Origin: Patescibacteria group bacterium
GTDB lineage: Bacteria; Patescibacteriota; Minisyncoccia; Minisyncoccales; UBA5738
NCBI GenBank assembly: GCA_034678605.1
Contig: JAXDBQ010000032.1
Coordinates: forward strand, 40,265 to 104,264
Reading direction: 5' to 3'
DNA: 64,000 nt
The position numbers were made by a program, and so were the translations under genes. Every line of letters starts with the position of its first letter. Position 1 is the stretch's first letter. Below, in pieces: positions 9,732 to 18,418 of the stretch. The notes beneath the pieces are model-generated. The model made no database searches and was not told where the DNA came from. It worked only from the letters and a program-made list of their open reading frames with translations.

Positions 9732-10392
9732 AAATCAATATCGAATGTCGAATATCGAAATCCGAAACAATATCGAATATCAAAATTTTCAATATCAAAG
9801 GGAAAACAGGGGGCGAAATTTTATTTGCGAAAATCAAACAGCCAAATCAATATCGAATGTCGAATATCGAAATCCGAAACAATATCGAATATCAAAATTT
9901 TCAATATCAAAACGAAAACGGGATTTTAATTCAATACAATTAACGCAAAATTAACGCGGAATCAATACAAAATCAGTCGGATTTTCTGACGATTGAACCA
10001 AAAATTTTCATCAATTCTTCGGCTTCTCGCAAAAGAATATTTTGTTCTTTTGCCAATTCTTGATTATTGCCATTATCGATCAATTTCAACCAATAACAAG
10101 TTTCTTTGGCTTCTTTGCGGCTGATTTTAACGCGCATATTGAAATCTTTTTTGCTCAACGCTTCGTTGGCTTCGATGTAATTGGCCCCGATTGATCCGGA
10201 AGATCGAGCGAGCTGTTTGATGTCTTCCAAATTTGAAACCGTGCGCGGCAATTTTTTCAAAAACAATCTTGTGTTTTTCGCGAACAAATAAGTTCTTTTT
10301 TCCAAGTTGTATGGTTTTGAATTTGTTTCAGTCATTTGATATTTGAAAATTCGATATTGTTTCGATATTCGAAATTCGATATTCGGATTTGT
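9732..10392. mobile_element. ATCGAA-family element enclosing a four-helix-bundle gene (candidate)
   Basis: Left arm duplicated (9732-9799 = 9844-9911), inverted right arm 10336-10392, gene between them. Confidence 0.5.
9973..10335 (-). CDS. Four-helix-bundle protein (23S rRNA intervening-sequence protein family)
   Basis: QLARSSGSIGANYIEA..SKKDF..KISRKEAKETCYWL signature. Confidence 0.9.
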   Translation of the reverse strand: MTETNSKPYNLEKRTYLFAKNTRLFLKKLPRTVSNLEDIKQLARSSGSIGANYIEANEALSKKDFNMRVKISRKEAKETCYWLKLIDNGNNQELAKEQNILLREAEELMKIFGSIVRKSD

Positions 10393-10395
10393 GTT

Positions 10396-12924
10396 TTAGA
10401 TTTGCCACCATGTTCCCGAGTAGCCGAACAGCGACAGGAATACGCCCACGATCAGCCAGGCAAAGAACAGCAGGCCGTAGCCGATGCCGATTAGTTTCCA
10501 CCAGGAGATGACTTTTTGCTTTAAATCGGGCGTGGAAAAATTGGTGAAAAATATTCCGGCGGTGGCAAGCCCCAAAATGGGCAAAAGCCAAAACGACATT
10601 TGGAACAAGAATAAATTAATGATCTGCATCGCGTTGAGCAAAAGGTGCTTTGCGCCGCATTTTTCGCGGTCATCCCATTCGGTGTTGGGGTTGTCGTTGG
10701 TCATGCCGCACACGGCCATCACTGCCTGCCCTTTTTTGATTTCTTGGCCGCCGGCCACAAAATCAAAGCTCCAAATTTCGGGCGTGGCGCCCGCGTCTTT
10801 GCATTGCGCGTCCAAGCAGGCCAGCACGCTCCATTGGTATTTGCCCAAGCAGAACATCTGGTCGATGTCGTTGTCCACCATTATCGAAGTGTCTTTGACG
10901 ATCTTTTCCACTTTGGGCCCGGGAGCGCAATCTTTATTGGTTTCCTTTTCCGAAACCTCTTTGTATTCCAAGGCGACTTTGTAATAATGCGCGCCGGCCA
11001 CCGGCTGCCACGATAGGTTGTAAGCGATTTGGCTGTTGTCCAGCGTGCTGCTGGCATTGGCCGGCGTTTTGGAGGCACCCAGGGCCGCGGTGGCAAACGA
11101 AAATTCCGGGCCGGCCGGGCCGCAAAGCGCGGCGCTGGCGTCGGCGCAGGTTTGCACTTTCCATTTATAGGATTGTTTTTGGTTGATGGTCGGATAGTCC
11201 AGGGTGTATTGGTTGGTAGCAGTTGTGATCTTTTGGCCGCCAAAATCCAAAATATAGGCCTTGGCGCCGGCAACCGCTTCCCATTGCAATTCAACCGGCA
11301 TGGCTACATCTTTGGCATTGTTGGTCGGTTGCATGGACGCGGTTTTGGGCGCGCGGCCGGTGGTGCGAAAATACCACCAGTCCGACCACGGCTCGTTGCA
11401 CACCTCGCCCACCGGAATTGCCGGCCAGCAGGACTTGGCGCGCCATTTGTAGGCCGTGTCCAATTCCAGTTCGATGTTTTGTTCTTCGCCTTTGGAATTA
11501 TTGGCGTTGCCTTTGGTGAAAAGCACTTGCGAAGTGGTCACGCGGCGTTCGCCGTTGACCAATGAGGTCGCGCCGGCGCCGGAAATTTTTTGAATGTCAT
11601 AGCCATAGGAATTGGCGCCGTTGGGCGCTTGCCATTGCAGGCGGCCGGGAAGTTCGGTGAGCTTGGCGTTTTGGTTGTCGGCATAATTGTTGTCGTTTCC
11701 CGGCGACAAAAGCGCGGGCGCGGGAACGGTTTCGTTTTTATCGGTGAAGGTCCACAACTGCCCCCAATATTTGTCGCTTTGGGTGTTGCAGTTTTCGTCG
11801 CCGGCATTGGTATTGTTGAAACAGCGCCGCAATTGCCAGTAATAGGTGTTGTTTTTGGTGAACAGCGCCCGGTCGGTGTTGGGCAATTGAAGGTGCGACC
11901 ACCAATAGCAATCGATAGCGGGGTTGTTGGCCAAGCATTTAACGTTTCTTGGGGTTTTGGCCTTGATGGGATTGACTACGTCGGCCTTGCAGGTGTTGTT
12001 GGTTTGTTTTTCCAGATAATGGCAGGCCAGCGGGTTTTTCAGCGCCGGCGTGTCTTTTTTGAGCCAATTGGCCAAGTCGCTGAATTTGGCCGGGATTTGC
12101 GCGCCGGTGAGCACCAATTGGTTTTCGTTGGTGTAGACGCGCATTTGGTATGACAGCGAATAGGGCTCGTTTTCGTTATAGGGCTGTTTTTCTTTTGAGA
12201 CCTGCGCGTGGCACCAATCCAGCCGCAGGTTTTTGTAGGAAATATTTTTGGCGCCGGCCGGGCCGTTCCAATCGGGATCGTCAAAATTTATCGGTTCGGG
12301 CGCCGGGCTGGTGCGAAAGGTCCACCAAGTGGCGTTTTCTTCGGGCTGGCAATAGGAGCCGTTTTCCTTGCAACACGGCCGCACGCGCCAACGGATGGTT
12401 TTGTCGGAGTTGTAAAAGCAGGGGTAATACAAATCCCGAGCGTTGAACTCGTTGGTGGTGAGGATTCGGCGGAAAATGCCGCCTTTGCTTTCGTCGTCGT
12501 TTAGTTCGCCGTTTTTGTTTTCGATCTCCAAAAGATAGGAGCGCGCGCCATAGGCCTTGGAGGTGGCGGCTTGGTTGCCCTGGCGGCCGTCCCATTCCCA
12601 ATGGTATTGGCCGTTTTCCAATTGCCACAAGGCGATGTGATCCCAGGCCAGCACCACCGGCAAAGTAACTTCGTTTTCGTTGGCTTGTTTGGTTTTGTTC
12701 ACCGGATCATCCAAGTAATAATGGCCGGGCGGGGTTTTTAAACAAGCGTTGGCGCAAATGCAGGTGGTCACGTCAACTTCCACCACATTGGTCATGGATT
12801 GTTTTTGTTCGGGCTGGCATTGAATGCCGCCGGCGATTGTGGCGCCGCAACCGCTTTCGGCGATCGCCGCCGCCGGCGCGATCAACGCCAGCGCCAGCGC
12901 GAGTTTGAAAAAATTGGTTTTCAT
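10396..12924 (-). CDS. Large secreted protein with Fn3-like repeats and a C-terminal pilin-like TM hairpin
   Basis: Signal peptide; repeated LxW..V.GA..Y and Y.W.V..C motifs; two C-terminal TMs. Confidence 0.7.
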   Translation of the reverse strand: MKTNFFKLALALALIAPAAAIAESGCGATIAGGIQCQPEQKQSMTNVVEVDVTTCICANACLKTPPGHYYLDDPVNKTKQANENEVTLPVVLAWDHIALWQLENGQYHWEWDGRQGNQAATSKAYGARSYLLEIENKNGELNDDESKGGIFRRILTTNEFNARDLYYPCFYNSDKTIRWRVRPCCKENGSYCQPEENATWWTFRTSPAPEPINFDDPDWNGPAGAKNISYKNLRLDWCHAQVSKEKQPYNENEPYSLSYQMRVYTNENQLVLTGAQIPAKFSDLANWLKKDTPALKNPLACHYLEKQTNNTCKADVVNPIKAKTPRNVKCLANNPAIDCYWWSHLQLPNTDRALFTKNNTYYWQLRRCFNNTNAGDENCNTQSDKYWGQLWTFTDKNETVPAPALLSPGNDNNYADNQNAKLTELPGRLQWQAPNGANSYGYDIQKISGAGATSLVNGERRVTTSQVLFTKGNANNSKGEEQNIELELDTAYKWRAKSCWPAIPVGEVCNEPWSDWWYFRTTGRAPKTASMQPTNNAKDVAMPVELQWEAVAGAKAYILDFGGQKITTATNQYTLDYPTINQKQSYKWKVQTCADASAALCGPAGPEFSFATAALGASKTPANASSTLDNSQIAYNLSWQPVAGAHYYKVALEYKEVSEKETNKDCAPGPKVEKIVKDTSIMVDNDIDQMFCLGKYQWSVLACLDAQCKDAGATPEIWSFDFVAGGQEIKKGQAVMAVCGMTNDNPNTEWDDREKCGAKHLLLNAMQIINLFLFQMSFWLLPILGLATAGIFFTNFSTPDLKQKVISWWKLIGIGYGLLFFAWLIVGVFLSLFGYSGTWWQI

Positions 12925-13049
12925 TTTATTTTTGTTTTTTGTTTCAATTTAATTATATCGCTTAAAAATCAAAACCGCAATTTTGAAACAAATTTAATCA
13001 ATTGCCGGGACAAGACGAACGTTAGTATTTGGATTCAAATGCTGTTGAC

Positions 13050-13088
13050 GGGGTCTAACCGCCCGCGAGTACTCGGGGGTTAGACCCC
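13050..13088. repeat. REP-like palindrome GGGGTCTAAC...GTTAGACCCC
   Basis: Related copies at 31381-31432 and 60383-60420. Confidence 0.7.
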
Positions 13089-13135
13089 AAAAAATGCTAA
13101 TACTCGGTTTGCTTTGACAAGCTATTGCTATAAAA

Positions 13136-16084
13136 TCACAATAGCGCGTTCCAGCTGGCGGCGGCGCTGTAGCCGGCAAATTGCATTAATAGTGAAACGA
13201 TGATCCAGGCGAAGATCAAGATCAAATAGCCGATGCCGATCTTGCGCCAGGTGTCTTTAATTTCGGCCAAAAGCTTTGATTTGTCTTGTGCCAGATAAAA
13301 AATTCCGCCGGTGATCGCGCCGGCGATTGGCAACAGCATCAACGCCAATTTGAAGATCACAAAATTAATGATCACCTTGGCCAGCAAAAACAAATGTTTT
13401 ATTTGGCAGGGCTCTTTTTCGTTGTATTCGGGCGTGTTGATTTTGTCGTCATAGTTTTGGCCGCAAACCATCAAGCCGGCGGTTTGTTTTTTTTCGATGA
13501 TCGAAAATGTTTGGGTGGCTTTTTTCGCGCCCGAACTCAATGATTTGCATTGGGAATCAAACGCCGGCTGAACCGAAAAGGAATATTGGCCGCCGCAATA
13601 TTGCGAGCTGCCGGTCTCTTTTGATTTGATCGCCAAACTGGTGCCGGCAACGCATTTTTCTTTATACTCATCGTTGAACCATTTTGGATCGCAACTGGTG
13701 CTGTCTTCGCCGCCGGCCACTTGAACGCTCACTTGATAATATTTGGCCGCGCCGCTCCAGCTCAAGCTTGGCGGAAGCTGGTTGATTTGATCTTCTGGCG
13801 CCAATCCCGTTGGCTTGTCAAAGTCCGCGGTTTTGAACGGCAGGATGTTGGTTTTGGCCGCACCGCAAATTTGTCCGGCCGCGTCGGCGCAAGTTTTCAC
13901 CGTCCAGTCGTATTTTTGATCAAAGGCCGAATAGTTAAACGAATATTGCGCGGCGGTGAGTACCAATTCGTTTTTGGGCGCGTCCGGGCCGGTGATCTTG
14001 ACGCGATAAGAACCGGCGCCGGGAACGCTTTCCCATTCGAGCGCGGCCGTGGGTGCGCTGGTTTTGGCGGTGGCGGTGAGCGGCGGACGGCCGGTGGTGT
14101 AAAAATAATTTGCCGGGCTCAACGACTTGCTGCAAATTTCATCGATCTTTTTGTTGGCCATGGGTATTGACGGCCAGCAGGATTTGACTTGCCATTGGTA
14201 GAGCGTGTCGAGTTTTAATTTTACCCGTCCGGGGTCGTTTTCTTGCGCCGGATCTTTGTCGGTTGTTAATGATATTAAAATTTGCGACACGGTCGCGCGC
14301 CGGCCTTGGTCGGCGGTATAAGTTTTATCTTTCTCAAAGATGCTGGCGCCGGTCTTGGCGTCTTTGATGTCGTAAAGGAAAGAGTTGGCGCCGCAGGGGG
14401 CCGTCCATTGAATGCTTCCGCCCTCTCCCACCAATCCCACCGGATCGCGGTTGCTTTTGTTTTTGTTGTTTGGCGGCGCCAACGGCGCGGGCGCGGTCAA
14501 ATTGGTGTCGGTGAACTTTTCGCCGGAGAATTTCCATTTTTGGCCGTAATCTTCATTATTGTAAGTGGCGCAAAACGGGAATTGCTTTTCGTCACCTTTT
14601 TTACCGGAAATGACATCAAAGCAAACTTTGGTTTGCCAAGAATAGATAAGATTCCCGTCGGCGTTGCCGGAAAAAAGGTTGCGGATCTTTTCTTGGTCAA
14701 AATACGGATGGAAATTCTGGTTTGGCTCAATAATCTCTTTTAAGTAGCTTGTGAACGGCACGCTTTCCGGTCTGCAGGTGCCGTCGTTTTGCAGTTCCAA
14801 ATAGTGGCACGACTCGCCGTCGCGTTGGCTTTCGGGCTGGTTGAAGGCGTTGAGGGCTTTGTTTTTCACTCCGGCCAATGATTTTGAAAGGTAATCGGAA
14901 AAGGCCTGGCTCAAATTGTTTGACCAAGAGCTGCTTGATAGCGTTTTTTGCATTATTGATTGGTAGTCCGACGGGCTTGTCCCGCCGATACTTCCCAAAA
15001 GATCCATCAGCGACCATGTTTCATTGAATTTAACGCGCATCTGATAATTGGCGGCATAATCAGCTTGGCTGGCATTATATTTTTTTGAGAAACGCGCGTT
15101 GTCGTCGGTCATCAATTTGGCTTTGCACCAATAGGGCTTGGCACTGCAAAAATGAACATCGGTTAATTTATCCGGGCCGTTCCAATCGGGGTCTTGGGTT
15201 GGATTCTTTTTGTTCGGGTGATTGTTGTCAACAATTCCCAGCGGTTCGGGTCCCGGGCCGGTGGTGAATGTCCACCACCCTTCGTCGTTTCCCATGGGTT
15301 TGCAGGTTGATTCTTCGCCGTTGGCGTCGCAGCAAGGTCGCACGCGCCATTGGTAGGCGGTGTTGGTGTTAAAAAAACATGCTCCCCCGTCCTCGCGGGA
15401 ATTAAACCCATCATTGATGCCGTCGTTATTTTTGTCGGCGATCACTTTGAAAAATATTTTGCCGCCGCCCAGCGCCTCGATGTTGTTGGGGTTGATGGTT
15501 TTGTCAATGTGCAGATTCGCGTCGCCGTTTTTGTATTCCTCATATTTGATCTCCACCCGGTAGCTTTGCGGGCCGCTGTCCACTTTTGTCGGTCCGTTTT
15601 TATATATCGGCGTTTTGTAAGGGTCTTTGTTTTTCCAACCGGCAATATCGTTCCATGCCAAAACCACCGGCAAAGTGATTTGGTTTGATTTTGTTTGCCG
15701 GGTATGATTTTTGGGATCGTCATAATACAAGGGGTTGGCGCTTGAATCAAACGGGGCTTCCAAGCATTCTTTTTCGCATTTGCACACGCCATAGTCGCTG
15801 CCGGTTTTGGCGACTTGCCAATCTTTGCAATATTGCATTGGTGGCCGGATGATCTTGCATTCTCCCGGCTTGCCTCCGGGAACTTCTCTTAATTCTTTTA
15901 TGAGCGAGCTTTTTCCATTTTGGTTGTGGCATTTACTATCATTGATTTGCTCTTCGTAATATTTTATATGTCCCGAACATGCTTTAGCTTCATTGCTAAA
16001 ACCAAAAATTATTACTGTTGAAAACAGCATAATCGAAAACGCGCGGAAAAAAATAGTTTGATTGCTTTTTAAAAATCGGGTCAT
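13136..16084 (-). CDS. Large secreted protein, paralog of 10396-12924
   Basis: Shares TLPVVLAW, WRVRPCC, DPDWNGP and TTGR motifs and the C-terminal pilin-like hairpin. Confidence 0.75.
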   Translation of the reverse strand: MTRFLKSNQTIFFRAFSIMLFSTVIIFGFSNEAKACSGHIKYYEEQINDSKCHNQNGKSSLIKELREVPGGKPGECKIIRPPMQYCKDWQVAKTGSDYGVCKCEKECLEAPFDSSANPLYYDDPKNHTRQTKSNQITLPVVLAWNDIAGWKNKDPYKTPIYKNGPTKVDSGPQSYRVEIKYEEYKNGDANLHIDKTINPNNIEALGGGKIFFKVIADKNNDGINDGFNSREDGGACFFNTNTAYQWRVRPCCDANGEESTCKPMGNDEGWWTFTTGPGPEPLGIVDNNHPNKKNPTQDPDWNGPDKLTDVHFCSAKPYWCKAKLMTDDNARFSKKYNASQADYAANYQMRVKFNETWSLMDLLGSIGGTSPSDYQSIMQKTLSSSSWSNNLSQAFSDYLSKSLAGVKNKALNAFNQPESQRDGESCHYLELQNDGTCRPESVPFTSYLKEIIEPNQNFHPYFDQEKIRNLFSGNADGNLIYSWQTKVCFDVISGKKGDEKQFPFCATYNNEDYGQKWKFSGEKFTDTNLTAPAPLAPPNNKNKSNRDPVGLVGEGGSIQWTAPCGANSFLYDIKDAKTGASIFEKDKTYTADQGRRATVSQILISLTTDKDPAQENDPGRVKLKLDTLYQWQVKSCWPSIPMANKKIDEICSKSLSPANYFYTTGRPPLTATAKTSAPTAALEWESVPGAGSYRVKITGPDAPKNELVLTAAQYSFNYSAFDQKYDWTVKTCADAAGQICGAAKTNILPFKTADFDKPTGLAPEDQINQLPPSLSWSGAAKYYQVSVQVAGGEDSTSCDPKWFNDEYKEKCVAGTSLAIKSKETGSSQYCGGQYSFSVQPAFDSQCKSLSSGAKKATQTFSIIEKKQTAGLMVCGQNYDDKINTPEYNEKEPCQIKHLFLLAKVIINFVIFKLALMLLPIAGAITGGIFYLAQDKSKLLAEIKDTWRKIGIGYLILIFAWIIVSLLMQFAGYSAAASWNALL

Positions 16085-16091
16085 TAGATAA

Positions 16092-16910
16092 TTATAATTC
16101 AAAAGAGCGGGCAAGGCCAATCCAATTTTCCACGGCCAGGTCTTGCGCCCGGCAATTTCGCGGCAGATCGTTTTTGGCCAGCCATTCGATTGCTCGTTCG
16201 CGGCTGATATTCAAGCCGCCGGCCAGATTGCCGGCCAATTGTTTGCGCGGGTGGGCAAAGCCGGCTTTGGCGATCTTAAAGAACCGATCGATGAATTCTT
16301 TTTTGCACCCCTCCCCTGCTTTCGGAAACAGGTCGAGGCGCAGGATCGCGCTGTCGACTTTGGGCACGGGCCAAAAACAGCCGCGCGAAATTTGGCCGAT
16401 GATATTTGGCGCGGCATAGAACTGCACCGACAATGCCAACAAGTTCATTCGCGGCGGCTGGGCGCAAATTCTTTGCGCCACTTCTTTTTGCGCGATCACC
16501 GCCATTGATCGCGGCGGATTGCCGCTTTCCAAGAATTTGCGGATCATGGGCGCGGCGGCGTAGAAAGGCAAATTGGCAACGATCTTATAAGGCGGGATGA
16601 TCTTGCTTTCGTTGAATTTGAGCGCGTCGGCATTGATGATCTCGACATTTATCGCGTCGGCGAATTCTTTTCCGAGGATTGCGGCCAGCTCGCGGTCTTT
16701 TTCCACGGCAATCACGCGGTTGCCGGTTTTGGCCAATTCCCGCGTCAAATTGCCGGTGCCCGGGCCGATCTCCAAAATCGTTTGGTTATCTCCAAGCTCG
16801 GCGGCGGCGATCAATTTTTTGATCACGCCGATTTGGTTCAAAAAATTTTGCCCCAGCCGTTTTTTGGGTTTGACGGATGGTTTTTGGTCGTTTGTGTTTA
16901 TCATGATCAT
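16092..16910 (-). CDS. rsmA: 16S rRNA dimethyladenosine transferase RsmA/KsgA
   Basis: LGQNFL, EIGPGTG, VANLPF and PVPKVDS motifs. Confidence 0.97.
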   Translation of the reverse strand: MIMINTNDQKPSVKPKKRLGQNFLNQIGVIKKLIAAAELGDNQTILEIGPGTGNLTRELAKTGNRVIAVEKDRELAAILGKEFADAINVEIINADALKFNESKIIPPYKIVANLPFYAAAPMIRKFLESGNPPRSMAVIAQKEVAQRICAQPPRMNLLALSVQFYAAPNIIGQISRGCFWPVPKVDSAILRLDLFPKAGEGCKKEFIDRFFKIAKAGFAHPRKQLAGNLAGGLNISRERAIEWLAKNDLPRNCRAQDLAVENWIGLARSFEL

Positions 16911-17018
16911 GCGTATATGTTTATTCTATCATAATTGCAAAAAATCATGGGTCTGTTGCCAAATAGGGTTTGTAGCGAAATTTAAAGATTTCGTCTTTGG
17001 TAACAGACCCATCATTGA

Positions 17019-17093
17019 CCCGGCAGTGAATTTTTGGCGGGATTTTTTTAAAAAATCAATTATCGCCAAGCGAGCCGAAAATCTACTGCCGGG
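17019..17093. repeat. Structured palindromic element, copy 1
   Basis: CCCGG..GGC / GCC..CCGGG outer stem with two inner hairpins; copy 2 at 49101-49176. Confidence 0.7.
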
Positions 17094-17133
17094 TTGACAA
17101 ATATCGCCGATCTTATAACATTATTAATGTAAA

Positions 17134-18204
17134 ATGGATATTAAGCTTCAATTAAGGAATTTTGCCAAACTTCTCCTCATCGGAGCGGTTTTGTTTACCG
17201 GATTTTTTGCCGCCTCTCATCAGGCGGTTCGTTGCGTGTCGGCCAAAAGCGAGCCGGTTTGCCAAGCCGACACCGTCGAAAGGATGTTTGCCAAGGCCGA
17301 CGATCAGCCCAAACCCGAGTCCCCGGGCTATTTGATGGCCGGCGACGCGTGCGTCAAGGCGGTTTTGCCGCCCGCGGCCATCACGCCCAAAATTTTGGGC
17401 GCGATCGTGGGCGATTCCCAGGGATATGTTCAAGAAGAGGATTCTCAAAATACCATCGTTGAATATGAAATTCAACCGGATGATACCATCGCCGGCGTGG
17501 CCCAAAAATTCGGCGTGAGTTCCGAAACCGTGGCTTGGGCCAACGATTTGGCCAAAACCGCGCCGTTAAAACCGGGGCAAAAATTGATCGTTCCGCCGGT
17601 TTCGGGCGTGATCCATTATGTGGTTTTTGGCGACACCATGGACAAAATCGCCCAATCATACAAAGCCGAAGCTGAGGAGATCGTGGCGTTCAACGAGTTG
17701 GCCGGTCAAGATGATATTTTCGTGGGTGATGTTTTGGTGGTGCCCGGCGGCCGGATCGCGCCGCCGCCGGTGGCCAAAAAGCCGGTGGCGTCAAATGCCA
17801 AATCAAGCCCGTCAAAAATCGCGTCGGCGCCGATTGGGCAAGCATTGCCGCAGAATTATTTCCTTTGCCCGGTGGGCCCGGCTTGCAAAAAAACTCAAGG
17901 GTTGCATTTTCGCAACGCGGTTGATTTGACCGGCGGTTATTGCGGCGCGCCGATCTACGCGGCGGCTTCCGGCACCGTCGCCAAAGCCAAAACCGGCTGG
18001 AACGGCGGCGCGGGCAATAACATCGCGGTCTCCCATATGGGCGGCGCGGTGATCACTCATTATTATCATTTGCAATCATTTAACGTGGCCTCCGGCCAGG
18101 AAGTCAAAAAGGGCGATGTTATCGGGTTTATGGGAAGCACCGGCAAATCGACCGGTTGCCATCTTCACTTTGAAGTGATCGGCGGAACCAATCCCTTCAA
18201 TTAA
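17134..18204 (+). CDS. Two LysM domains plus M23 peptidase
   Basis: Two LysM repeats; YYHL, GSTGKSTGCHLHFEV. Confidence 0.92.
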   Translation: MDIKLQLRNFAKLLLIGAVLFTGFFAASHQAVRCVSAKSEPVCQADTVERMFAKADDQPKPESPGYLMAGDACVKAVLPPAAITPKILGAIVGDSQGYVQEEDSQNTIVEYEIQPDDTIAGVAQKFGVSSETVAWANDLAKTAPLKPGQKLIVPPVSGVIHYVVFGDTMDKIAQSYKAEAEEIVAFNELAGQDDIFVGDVLVVPGGRIAPPPVAKKPVASNAKSSPSKIASAPIGQALPQNYFLCPVGPACKKTQGLHFRNAVDLTGGYCGAPIYAAASGTVAKAKTGWNGGAGNNIAVSHMGGAVITHYYHLQSFNVASGQEVKKGDVIGFMGSTGKSTGCHLHFEVIGGTNPFN

Positions 18205-18207
18205 GGA

Positions 18208-18386
18208 ATGTTCGAATATCGAAATCCGAATGTTCGAAATAAGCACAAATTTTCTCCGCCAAAGGACGGATCCGCCTCCGGCGGAAAATTTAAAATATCA
18301 AAACAAAAATAAGAATTTATTTTGAACTTTTGAAAATTTGAATTTCGATATTGTTTCGATATTTGAGATTCGATATTCGGATTTCC
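18208..18386. repeat. ATCGAA-family element carrying an internal REP-like palindrome
   Basis: Arms GAAATCCGAA / TTCGGATTTC; internal CCGCCAAAGGACGGATCCGCCTCCGGCGG. Confidence 0.8.
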
Positions 18387-18390
18387 AGTT

Positions 18391-18418
18391 TAAAACCGCC
18401 GTTATTCGGCGGTTTTAA
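18391..18418. terminator. Bidirectional terminator
   Basis: AAAACCGCCG-loop-CGGCGGTTTT between convergent genes. Confidence 0.75.

Noticed and set aside
9973-10335. Diversity-generating retroelement, prompted by the Avd-like protein
   Set aside because: No reverse transcriptase and no template/variable repeat pair with adenine-specific mismatches seen.
7-16084. Integrative conjugative element
   Set aside because: No relaxase, integrase or att sites visible, and the cluster runs directly into rsmA. It looks like the resident CPR T4SS-like locus, though it continues beyond the window edge.
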